NCBI RefSeq assembly: GCF_006345805.1
Contig: NC_043002.1
Span: 79,856,001-79,920,000, forward strand
Length of the DNA stretch: 64,000 nt
Direction of reading: 5' to 3'
DNA from: Octopus sinensis
Taxonomy: Eukaryota
Shown: piece by piece, positions 12,963-24,344 of the stretch
Numbering within the stretch: the stretch's first letter is position 1
How the letters are laid out: each line of letters begins with the position of its first letter
The notes under the pieces: generated by a model
Told to the model about the DNA's origin: nothing
The model's database searches: none
What the model saw: only the letters and a program-made list of their open reading frames with translations
Program-made: the position numbers and the translations under genes

Positions 12963-13385
12963 TTATTATTATTATTATTATTATTATCATCATCATCATC
13001 ATCGTCATTATTATCTGTAGTAGTAGTTATAGTTACTCAAATCAATGAATGAGACGGAAAAAGAGAAAGAAACAGAGAGGGTAGAGAGAGAAAGAAAGAG
13101 AGAGAGAGAAAGACCAACAGACAGGCCGACTGACAGACAGAGCGAGGGAAATGAATGTGAATGTAAAACTACAACCGAAATTTAAGAACGAAGCAACAAC
13201 CCAACATGGCGTAGCAGGGGAAAAAGACAAGCAAGCAAACAAGCAACAAGATCATCATCATCATCATCATCATCACCACCACCACCACCACCACCACCAC
13301 CACCCCACAACAACAACAACAACAACAACAATATCAGCAACAACTACAACAACAATCACAACAACAACAACAACAACGACGGTGA
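12770..13385. repeat. Compound trinucleotide arrays (TTG, TTC, TTA, CAT, CAC, CAA)
   Basis: Direct reading. Confidence 0.93.
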
Positions 13386-13942
13386 TATAATGGTAATAAC
13401 AACTATCTATTTATTGATCCGATGTACCTATCAATCAGATTCATTGATTAAAATCTAAATTATTATTTTCAATTAAGAAAGCAGATTTTCTCCGCAAATG
13501 CTGCAATTATCCATATATTGATCAAAGCTTAATTAACAAACATCATTTAATAAGCCAATATCGACACAGTGCTAGTAGGTAGGGGAGGGGGATATATTTT
13601 CCACCCCAAACCTGAATCCTCTTCGATGGGATATTTTTTATACCCTCGTTTTGCCCTTAATTTCCTTTCACCCACCTCTGCCCATCGTCCTCTTTTCCAA
13701 TCACCCAGCTCAGCTCATCATTGTGACTAATGGTAAATAGAAGCTGGTAGGAGAGATTAGATGATGCATGCATGCTACCACATCCCTTTTCGTTTTTTTT
13801 TTCTTCCTATACTCATGGTTATATATTCGGTTAAGTGCGCATAGGAGGCACACGTAAAAGCACATGTGCACACATGTGAGCACTTTACCGTTCTCTTTCG
13901 ATAAATACACACAATCATATCAAGGACTAAAAATCACGCACT

Positions 13943-14270
13943 TTAAAAAAAGACTCCGCCGGTTACGACGACGAGGGTCCCAGCTGATACGATCAACGGA
14001 ACAGCTTGCTCGTGAAATTAACGTGCAAATGGTTGAGCATTCCACAGACACGTGTACCCTTAACGTAGTTCTCGGGGATAATCAGCGTGACACAAAGAGT
14101 GACAAGGCTGACCCTTTGAAATACTAGTACAACTCATTTTTGCCAGCTGAGTGGACTGGAGCAACGTGAAATAAAGTGTCTTGCTCAAGGACACAACGCG
14201 TCGCCGGGAATCGAACTCACAATCTTACGATCATGAGCCGAATGCCCTAACCACTAAGCCACGCGCCCTC
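13943..14270 (-). mobile_element. Mosaic SINE: family D head with family C tail
   Basis: Head GGGCGCGTGGCTTAGTGG..GAGTTCGATTCCC, GAGCAAGACACTTTATTTCACG domain, then the family C tail; TSD AAAAATCAC[G/A]CACT at 13929-13942 / 14273-14286. Confidence 0.9.
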
Positions 14271-14674
14271 ACAAAAATCACACACTAAAGGAAGGAAAGA
14301 GCTTGTGCAATGATACTGGACATTTAAGATATGTCAGACAAACCTCGTTCCCTCAAATTTCAGCTCCTCAGTCATAAATAAAGAAGGAACACGTTTGCAT
14401 AATGAAGTCTTAGCTAAGATGCAATGCGGGACGGTTAACATTGGAAGGTGTCTGATCGTGAGTCTTTTGCGTCAAGGTTGCCCTGGGGTTAAAGAACACC
14501 GATGAAAACGCTATCATACAAAGATATTCATATGTTATATCAAATGCCCATTTATCTTTCATAAACTCAACTGTTCAAATACATGCATACGCATATATGC
14601 ACAGACACGCTATCTCTTTACCTTTCAGAGACGAGCATTGATAGTGAATCAGAAAAGCGTTCGCACTCACACTC

Positions 14675-14709
<35 letters not shown>

Positions 14710-14978
14710 GGAGAGAGAGAGAGAGAGAGGGAGACAGAGACAGAGAGAGTGAGACAGAGACAGAGAGAGTTAGTGAGAGAGAGAGAGAGAACGAGAGATA
14801 TCGAGGGAGGGGGTGATTCACTTATCTAAGATTTCATTACAAACATATTAGAGAACAACACTGAACCACACAGAAATGCAAACAGACAAATACTCATACA
14901 CAAAAACACAAGGGTGTCCATATATTCATATATATATATATATATACATATAATATATTATATATATGTGTGTGGTGT

Positions 14979-15029
<51 letters not shown>

Positions 15030-15205
15030 GTGATGCAATTATCCAACTAAATAAGGCACCGATTCAGCTGTCGTTGAAGCGTCAGATAGATTGCTCTATG
15101 GTAATCATCCCGGTTGTTTTTGCTCTCGTTTTAAGTTCTTCGAGATCGATGAATATAATACCAGTTCTGAAAAAAAGCAAAAACAATATATATATATATA
15201 ATATT

Positions 15206-15725
15206 TATCGGGTTGGCAACCAAGTTCCCACCGCGTTTTCAAATTTTGGAATCTATTGTTTTCGAGAATTCTATTTTTGAATCGTTTTGGAATCAATTAT
15301 GTTTTCTTTCAATTTAATTTTAGTTAATTTTTGTTTATTTTCAGATCATTAAAATGGAATGTCAAGTTAAGAAAAACGAGCATTTTTGACATCTTCATTT
15401 TGCTTTTAATCAAGGTTCTAAGGCCGCAAAAGCTGCTCGCGACATTTGTGCTGTGTATGGCGAGGGTGCCACTGCTGAAAGAATCACTCGTGATTGGTAT
15501 GCCAAGTTCAAAAATGGAGATTTTGACCTCAAAGACGCTTCTCGCACTGGCCGTCCAGTTGAGTTCGATGAAGAGCGATTAAACCAACTTTTGCAGAAAA
15601 ATTCTCGTCAAACTACAAGAGAACTGGCAGAGAAAATGGGATGCTCACACACTACTATAGAGAAGCATCTTCACTCGATGGGAAAGGTTCAGAAGTAAGG
15701 AGCATGGATTCTGCATGCTTTAAGT
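15206..15725 (+). pseudogene. Mariner 5' fragment: TIR plus N-terminal HTH region of transposase
   Basis: TA + TCGGGTTGGCAACCAAGT TIR-like end; ATG at 15354; translation AARDICAVYGEGATAERITRDWYAKFKNGDFDLKDASRTGRPVEFDEE..KVQK*GAWILHALS; truncated at 15726 by another repeat. Confidence 0.9.
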
Positions 15726-15943
15726 AGCGGGATGGGCTACTCGACCTGAAGAAATTTCTAACTGGGCCACACCTGCAAGGTGATGTGCTGTTGATCTTGA
15801 TATGATATCATCCTGTCGCGCACATATGGTTGTGATGCATGTGCCTGGTGTGCCCTCATCAGACTGGTAGTCATGATGGGTATACTGGGCTTCGTATATT
15901 TTATCCCAGTGTCACTTTGATAGCATGCTCTGCTCTCTCACTC
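15726..15943 (+). mobile_element. Interspersed repeat family E, 3' part
   Basis: Matches 22040-22256 and 33870-34092; ends GCTCTCTCACTC followed by AAT repeats. Confidence 0.85.
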
Positions 15944-16766
15944 GGTAATAATATTGATAATAGGCTTAATAAATTTGTTGGAGAAATTAGTATTGACATG
16001 AGGGAAGAGCATGCTTAATAAAGTGCTTTATTCGGGACACCAAGGATTTTGTGACTGGAACTTAATTTCCATTAAGACAAACAACGATTTTAGTACCGTT
16101 TGTCACACCGTTAAGTTACAAATACCCCAACGTTTTAATCCGCTTTGGTGACACTACACAGTACACGTACAACACTATTATATAGCCTGTTTTGGAAGTA
16201 ACGATAGATGTGTTACGATAGTAGGCGAAAAGAACCTGAACATTCACGCGTAAAACACTAATATTGTCGGATAGAGTTGAAATCGTTGTGATGTCTGGTC
16301 GGTAGCTGAAGAACTATAGGTTGCATACATAAAATACCTCACAGAAACACATGCAGAAAACAAAATCATGCAAACTCACACACGCACACACGCATGCACA
16401 CACACACACGCATGCACACACACACACACACACACACGCACACACACACACACACACACATACACACGCGCGCGCACATCATGTACCATTAGAAAAACAG
16501 TAAACAAACAAATGAGCTACGAAGCCACGTAAGAGATTCCAATAAAAATATTTGTTTACTGGTCATTAGAATTTGTTAATCTCTTCTGTTGTGTTTCGGT
16601 CTTCTTTTAACCATAAGCCATTATTTCACTATCACCTCTTGTACTTGTCTACGGAGATGCGTATTTCTCTCTTCCCTCCACAATTCTTTTTCTCTGCTCC
16701 TCTCAGCATACATATAAAGTAATTTCATGTTCAATAAACCATTGTATGTATGCGTTGGTGTGTATT

Positions 16767-16797
<31 letters not shown>

Positions 16798-16841
16798 GTT
16801 TGTATGTATGCATATACACACACAGAGACAGACAGACAGAT

Positions 16842-16886
<45 letters not shown>

Positions 16887-17014
16887 CAGATATAATTAGA
16901 TATATAAACAGATAGATAAATAGATTGACAGAGAGAAGTGTGTAAGTGTATGCATGTACTTACGTATATATGTATGTATCTATATATCTGTTTACCTGTC
17001 TGTCTGTCTCTCTG

Positions 17015-17084
<70 letters not shown>

Positions 17085-17100
17085 CATCTATCTGTATGTC
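17015..17100. repeat. (ATCT)n microsatellite
   Basis: Direct reading. Confidence 0.95.
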
Positions 17101-17499
17101 TGTGTGTCTGCCTCTATCTTTCTACAACGCGCAAAAGACGGCTGAGTTTGAAATACTTATTAACATTTGTGACTAAGAGAGGAATCCTGTGTTCGAGTGT
17201 TAGTGTTTTTGTGTGTGTGTGCTCGCACGGGCGTGTGTGTAAAAAATCGTACCTGTACATGTGCGTGAAAGTCTACAATATTTCTAATTGTTCATGTTTA
17301 ATTTGTGTATTTGTGATGTGTACAGATAGATGCGTATATGTACGCATGCGCCGCCCCACTGGGATTTTTTCCCCCAGCAATGTTGTCGATGTACCCGTTC
17401 GACATTAATATACCCTTTTTCTATTCTCTGTCTCCTTCCGTCTTTTTCTGTCGTCGTCTGTCTCTTTCCCTTTCTCTCACTTTCTCAATATATATATAT

Positions 17500-17541
<42 letters not shown>

Positions 17542-18004
17542 CCTATGTATACATACAAACATGCATGCGTATATGTTTATACACCCGCACACATATATAC
17601 ATACATACATACATATATATACGCACACATACCGAATAGAATAGAATTTGCTTGACTGAGGAGATGAAATTAGATCGAAATATATCCATAGTTTGTGCTA
17701 ATTTTCTTTAGATCCATTCTCATATGCGTCATGCATACCAATAAACATTTCAATTAATTGATGCTATAAGACATATTTTTGTTGTTTTGTTTTTTAGCAG
17801 TTTTAGGTGGATTGTTTCTCTATTGTTTCAGTGAGTTCAATTGATCGACGTTTTCCCACTCATTTCAACACATATGCAAGTTCGTACTTCATATGTATTG
17901 CAGCTGTAGGAGACTCCCCTGAGATATTTACCCGCAGCCATATTGTTTTGTATTCATAATCAATGGCACAAAATTTTACCTTTTAATATATTATATATAC
18001 CGAG

Positions 18005-18220
18005 AGCAATGAACTAGTGGAATCATTAACACTCCAGGCAAAATGCTTAGCGGATTATCGCTCATCTTAATGTTCTGAGGTCAGATTCTGCCAGCGTCCA
18101 TTTTGCCTTTTAACTTTTCGGTGTCAATCAAAATAATTTACCAGTTGAGCACTGGTAGCGATATAATCAACTTATCCCCTCCTCTGAACTTGTCTGTATT
18201 GTGCCGAAATTTAAAACCAG
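18005..18220 (+). mobile_element. SINE family A, old diverged copy
   Basis: GCAAAATGCTTAGCGG, TTTTGCCTTT..TTTCGGTGTC, ACCAGTTGAGCACTGG motifs. Confidence 0.6.
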
Positions 18221-18577
18221 TATATCTGTTTATACTGATTTATATAAGTCTTATCTTCTGAGTAAAATATACTTCGCTGAAAAGGTATGATGAGATCGAA
18301 AGTATTATGGACTAGATCCTCTTCAACATGTATTTTCTATATCGCTGAAAATAACTAATCTTATTGATGTTATCTCACTGGAATGAGTTTAACTCTACAA
18401 ATTGCGTTAATAGTGGTTTCGAAGTTTTTCCCGGGGACAGCAGTCTTTGAGGTAAGGAGAGATACAATTATGTCCATTCCAATACTTGACTGGTACTTAT
18501 TTTATCGGACCCGAATGAATGAATGACAAAGTCGACCGCGTCGGAGTACTAACTGCTTTCTTAATCAGTCGTTTGAA

Positions 18578-18900
18578 GACGGCGATCTGACAGAAACGTT
18601 AGCACGCCAGCCAAAATGCATAGTGGTATTTCGTCTGCCGCTACGTTCCGAGTTCAAATTCCGCATAGGTTGACTCTGACTTTCATCCTTTCGGGGTCGA
18701 TTAAATGAGTACCAGTTACGCACTGAGCTCGATATAATCGACTTAATCCATTTGTCTGTCCTTGTTTGTCCCCTCCATGTGTAGCCCCTTGTGGGCAGTA
18801 AAGATATAAGAAATCTTAGCACGCCAAAAGAAATGATTAGCGGTATTTCGTCTGTCTTTATGTTCTGAGTTCAAATTTCTCCGAGGTAAATTAAGTACCA
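18578..18900 (+). mobile_element. SINE family A tandem pair
   Basis: GACGGCGATCTGACAGAAACGTTAGCACGCC head, B box, central domain, then a second head at about 18812. Confidence 0.85.
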
Positions 18901-19005
18901 AAGTAGAAACAGTACTGTATATTATAAATGTAGAAACTGTACTGTATATTATAAATGCAAAACAACACCAAAGAGGAATCGACGTAAGCTTAAATAATAA
19001 ACGTC

Positions 19006-19117
19006 GATAGGTGTACGACGATAGGTGAACCGCGATCGGTGAACCGTGATCGATGAACCGCGATAGGTGAACTGCAATCGATGAACCATGATCGATGAAC
19101 CGCGATAGGTGAACCGT
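19006..19117. repeat. 14-bp minisatellite, about 8 units
   Basis: Units GATAGGTGAACCGC / GATCGATGAACCGC with variants. Confidence 0.9.
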
Positions 19118-19200
19118 GATATGGCGAGGGATTACTGTATATATTTATGGGTGTGTTTGAATATTTGCTATTTTCAATACGTGAGGGCTTGCATATGTAT

Positions 19201-19628
19201 TCTTTTATTTCTTTTAATCTTTTAATTGTTTCAGACATTTGACTGGCCATGCGGCTGCAATGCGTTTTAGTCGAAGAAACCCACCCCTGGATTTTGTAAG
19301 CCAGGTAATTATTCTGTCGTTCTCTTCTACCGAACCGCTAGTGTTACGGGGGCGTAAACACACCAGCATCGGATGTTAAGCGATGGTGGGGGTGGGGGAC
19401 AAATACACACGCACATTCATATATATATATGTGTGTATGTGTGTGTGTGTAGATAGATAGATAGATAGATATACGGCGAGCTTCTTTCAGTTTCCGTCAA
19501 TCAAATCCACCCAGAAGGCTTTTGTCGAGCCTAGGTTATAGTAGCAGACAGTTGACAAAGGTGCTATGAGGTGCGACTGAACCCTGAACCAAGTGGTTGG
19601 GAAGCAAGCTTCTTATCACACGGCCACT
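19201..19628 (-). mobile_element. SINE family B, diverged
   Basis: Head, internal microsatellite and tail all recognisable in reverse complement. Confidence 0.82.
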
Positions 19629-19977
19629 TTGAGTCGTTTGAATACATTGGTGTGAATACGTGTATGCCGGTGTATATATACGTACGTTGATACACTAATA
19701 TACCTTGATACACGTGGACAACTTTGCGTATATGTGTGCATTTGCGTAGTTGCTGTTACGCAATTGAAAAATGCGCTCGCGTGGACGTGTGTATGTTTCT
19801 GAATGCATCGGTGCACACGTGTGTGTGTCTGTGTTATTCGAAAACATCAGTGTGTATGTTTATGCTTGCGTGATTCTGAGCACTGCAATGACAACCGTTT
19901 AGTTTTGACTCTATTTATAACGTATAAAATAAACCATTATTTCAACAAATATCGAGGTCTCATTCTTTTGTTTTTAT

Positions 19978-20004
19978 ACAAATAATAATAATAACAACAA
20001 CAAC

Positions 20005-20037
<33 letters not shown>

Positions 20038-20138
20038 TAATAATAATAATAATGATAATATAATAATAATAATAATGATAATAATATAATAATGATAATA
20101 ATGATAATAATAATAATAATATAATAATAATAATAATG

Positions 20139-20178
<40 letters not shown>

Positions 20179-20280
20179 TAATAATATAATAATAATAATA
20201 ATAATAATATAATAATAATAATAATAATAATAATGATAATAATAATAATAATAATATAATAATAATAATAATAATAATAG
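19978..20280. repeat. (AAT)n array
   Basis: Direct reading. Confidence 0.97.
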
Positions 20281-21090
20281 ACAATAGACAAAGAAAAATC
20301 CCAGCAATGGTTGAGAAGCTCAGGACTCAAAGCAGAAACAGAGGGATTTTTAATTGCAGCACAAGACCAAAGCCTCCCCACCAAATTACCAAAAACATGT
20401 AATGAAAAGAAATATTACAAGTAACTGCAGAATATGTGGAGATGGACAAGAAACAATAAATCATATTATCTCTAGCTGCCCAGTCCTGGCTAAGAAGGAA
20501 TATATTCACAGACATGACAGAGTTGGAACCTACATACATTGGAAGCTATGCCAACATTATGGAATAACAACAGATAAAAGATGGTATAGGCACACACCAG
20601 AAAAGGTCACAGAAAACGAGAAAGCAACCATACTCTGGGATATGCCGATACACACAGATAGAGAATTAAGGCCAACAGACCAGATATAGTTGTCAGAGAT
20701 CATGAAGAAAAAAAAATGCTTTCTAATTGATGTATCAATACCGGCAGATGACAACGTGTCTCTAAAAGAAATGGAGAAACTCTCAAAATACAAAGACCTG
20801 GAATAGAGGTAACTAGAATGTGGAACCTGAAAACAGAAACAATTCCTATCATAGTAGGTGCATTAGGCATGATAAAAAAATATTCAGACAAATACATAAC
20901 AAAAACACCAGGACTTACAAACACATATAACATACAGAAAATTGCACTACTAGGCACTGCATACATCCTACGCAGAACACTTTCATACAATAACCATCAG
21001 AGCATCACAACAAATCACAGCACATACCCAAGGCACACAGAGCTGCGCTCGTTAGTGAAGTGAAAGCACGCTATAAAAATAAAACTACTG
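20281..21090 (+). mobile_element. R4/Dong-like non-LTR retrotransposon 3' end (CCHC knuckle + restriction-like endonuclease)
   Basis: LKAETEGFLIAAQDQSLP, CRICGDGQETINHIISSC, RPDIVVRD..LIDVSIP, ALLGTAYILRRTLS; frameshifts; AAT tail. Confidence 0.92.
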
Positions 21091-21135
21091 AATAATAATA
21101 ATAATATATAATAATAATAATATAACAACAACAAC

Positions 21136-21197
<62 letters not shown>

Positions 21198-21237
21198 AAT
21201 AATAATAATAATAATAAAATATAATAATATTTTAAAA

Positions 21238-21497
21238 AAGAAACAATTCCTATCATAGTAGGTGCATTAGGCATGATAAAAAAAATATTCAGACAAATAC
21301 ATAACAAAAACACCAGGACTTACAAACACATATGTATAACATACAGAAAATTGCACTACTAGGCACTGCACACATCCTACGCAGAACACTTTCCATACAA
21401 TAACCACCAGAGCATCACAACAAATCAAAGCACATACCCAAGGCACACAGAGCTGCGCTCGGTAATGAAGTGAAAGCACGCTATAAAAATAAAACTA

Positions 21498-21500
<3 letters not shown>
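21238..21500 (+). mobile_element. Second R4/Dong-like 3' terminus
   Basis: Near-identical direct repeat of about 20835-21090, separated from it by (AAT)n. Confidence 0.92.
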
Positions 21501-21534
<34 letters not shown>

Positions 21535-21580
21535 TAATAATAATAATAATAATAATAAAATAATAATAATAATAATAATA

Positions 21581-21683
21581 GTGCCTGGTGTACCTTTATC
21601 AGACGGGTAGTCATGATGGGTATATTGGGCTTCGTATATTTTACCCCAGTGTCACTTTGATGGCATGCACTGCTCTCTCACTC
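21581..21683 (+). mobile_element. Family E extreme 3' fragment
   Basis: GTGCCTGGTGTACC..GCTCTCTCACTC followed by AAT repeats. Confidence 0.85.
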
Positions 21684-21706
21684 AATAATAATAATAATAA
21701 TGATAA

Positions 21707-22256
21707 TGCCTGATGCAGTACCAGGCAGTGAATCTCGTGGCTTCTGATCTTCACTGAGTGGAAGTGTTATCATGTACATTGTTTTGTCTTGATATGAAAG
21801 ATGGGATACAGCAAAGATTCTGCTCAATACCACAGATTTGCTTGTCAGTTGTTTGACCATAACAAGTTGAGCATGTCCCTTAGTGACTCACGATATGTGC
21901 ATCTCTGACCACGAGCTGAAGTAGTGGGGGAACATCATAATCATGTGTTGAGAAAGATTCTTTAGAGTCTGAATAATTCACCTCTGGAAACATGGGTGTT
22001 TCGTTCAACATCCTTTATCCTTATTCAGGGACCTTTTGAGCGGGATGGTTTACTCGACTGGAATAAAATTCTAACAGGGTTCCACCCGCAAGGTCATGTG
22101 CTGTTTATCTTGATATAAGATCACCCTGTCGCGCACATATGGTTGCGATGCATGTGCCTGGTGTACCCTCATCAGACGGGTAGTCATGATGGTTATACTG
22201 GGCTTCGTATATTTTATCCCAGTGTCACTTTGGCGGCATGCACTGCTCTCTCATTC
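21707..22256 (+). mobile_element. Family E, longest copy in the window
   Basis: Aligns by eye to 33612-34092; flanked by AAT/ACT arrays. Confidence 0.85.
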
Positions 22257-22264
22257 AATAATGA

Positions 22265-22328
<64 letters not shown>

Positions 22329-22330
22329 GA

Positions 22331-22384
<54 letters not shown>

Positions 22385-22570
22385 TAATAATAATAACAAT
22401 AATAATAATAACAATAATAATAATAAATACAAAACCAAATATATGGCACACTAGGCATGAACTTCCAACCTGTTGTCTTCTGAGGTCTCTGGGTGAGACT
22501 TGGAGCCAACTTGTGCAAATATAAAGCAAAAGTCAAACAGAATAATAATAACAATATTTATATTTAAAAT

Positions 22571-22637
<67 letters not shown>

Positions 22638-23447
22638 TGCATTGAACACATACCTGTATACGTGCATTACCGTGTGTTTTAAGTGCTTGCATACATATAT
22701 GATATGGGCCTGTGTTTCGCATAAATATGTGAACATACGTACGTTAGTCTGTGCTTATATCTGTTAATAACAACTGTTATGAACATGTAATTCTGTTTAC
22801 TGTGTGTATAAATGTACCTATGCAAGTAAGTGTATACTTTTGTAGTTAAGCATGATAATAATACCTCTGTCTACATGTTTTGTTTGAATGAATGTGCATA
22901 TGTAATTTGTTGGTGTATCTGTGTATATATATATGTGTGTGTGTGTGTTGACACGTGTGCATATGTGTATATTAAGAGAAAAATGCGAATTTCTCTCGGG
23001 AAGGGGAAGGTTGTGAAGTCTTTTAGGTCAATATATGAACGTACGTGTAGGAAAGTGTGTATATGTGTGTGTATGTATCTGTGTGTGGATAACTGCATTT
23101 GTTTTCATTTGTGTATTATATGTCTTTGTGACAGTGTGTCTGTTTGTATGCGGGGAGTATTGTGTGTCCCACTAAGCGAGTGATGCTTCAGTTTAACCCC
23201 TGAAACGAAAATGAAGCCATATTACGGGGTGGATGGAGAGGGGTAAATTAGAATAAATAAATGAATAAATGAATAAACAAATAAATAGTTGAATAAAAGA
23301 GAACTGGCGAAAATTATAAAGTGTTGACGATAACAACCAATACAAATAAAGTTGAAAATAATAAAATTCAGAATAGTAATGGTATTTATTTATTTATTTA
23401 ATAATCATAGTAGTAGCAGTAGTAGTAATAGTAGTAGTAGTAGTAGC

Positions 23448-23485
<38 letters not shown>

Positions 23486-23504
23486 CAGTAGTAGTAGCAG
23501 CAAG

Positions 23505-23542
<38 letters not shown>

Positions 23543-23787
23543 TAATAGTAGTAACAACAACAACAAAAATAATAATAATATTAATTGCTTCTTTGAATAA
23601 TCTTCATTCGTAATAGCGATAACAATAATAAGAAGAAGACGGTAGCAGATGCTGGTGGGTTGATCATGATGAGTGTCTTCATAAAATTAAACAGAAAATA
23701 CAGAAAATTTGTTTGCGAAACACGTCCACACGCGCCCAAAAGGGAAAAGTCCTCGCCACAAAGAAGTACGATATGTATATATATATA

Positions 23788-24035
23788 GGGAGAATTCACA
23801 CAAAAAGACAAATGATGAAGACAGGTGGTGTAGACAACAAACAGATGTATTAGTTTAACGCCCAGGAACTGAAAAAGTATTTAACGTTTTGAGCCTAGGC
23901 TCTTCAGCAGAAAGTAACACAGAAAGAAACAAGGGGAGAAAATAAAGAATATGTCGTGGCTAGCGATCTATCATGGCGAATGCAGGACAGAGGGATCACA
24001 CAAGAGACCTAGGAAGGAGAGAAGATAATAAAGTA
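23788..24035 (-). mobile_element. TA-associated Penelope-like terminal-repeat fragment
   Basis: Flanked by (TA)n; GTATTAGTTTAACGC shared with 24159-24176; degenerate hammerhead words at 23880-23914. Confidence 0.5.
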
Positions 24036-24061
24036 GATAATAAATATACATATTTAAAGAG

Positions 24062-24118
<57 letters not shown>

Positions 24119-24119
24119 G

Positions 24120-24330
24120 TTCAAAAGACGAATACTGATATAGGAACAAAAGGCAGTTGTATTAGTTTAACGCTCGAGAAAAATGGAACAGACTTTTACG
24201 TTTCGAGCCTACGCTCTTCGACAAAAGGTTTAAGAAGAAATAACTGTAGAGAGAATGAATAAAAACGGAGAGAGAAAAACTGTGCAGAATTCAACTGTCC
24301 AAGATGGTTGAATGAAAAGGAGATAACGGT
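24120..24330 (-). mobile_element. TA-associated Penelope-like terminal-repeat fragment
   Basis: Related to 23788-24035 and 42871-43078; degenerate hammerhead at 24193-24227. Confidence 0.5.
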
Positions 24331-24344
24331 AATATATTTATATA

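Noticed and set aside
19006-19117. CRISPR-like array
   Set aside because: Contiguous tandem units without unique spacers, eukaryotic context, no cas genes.
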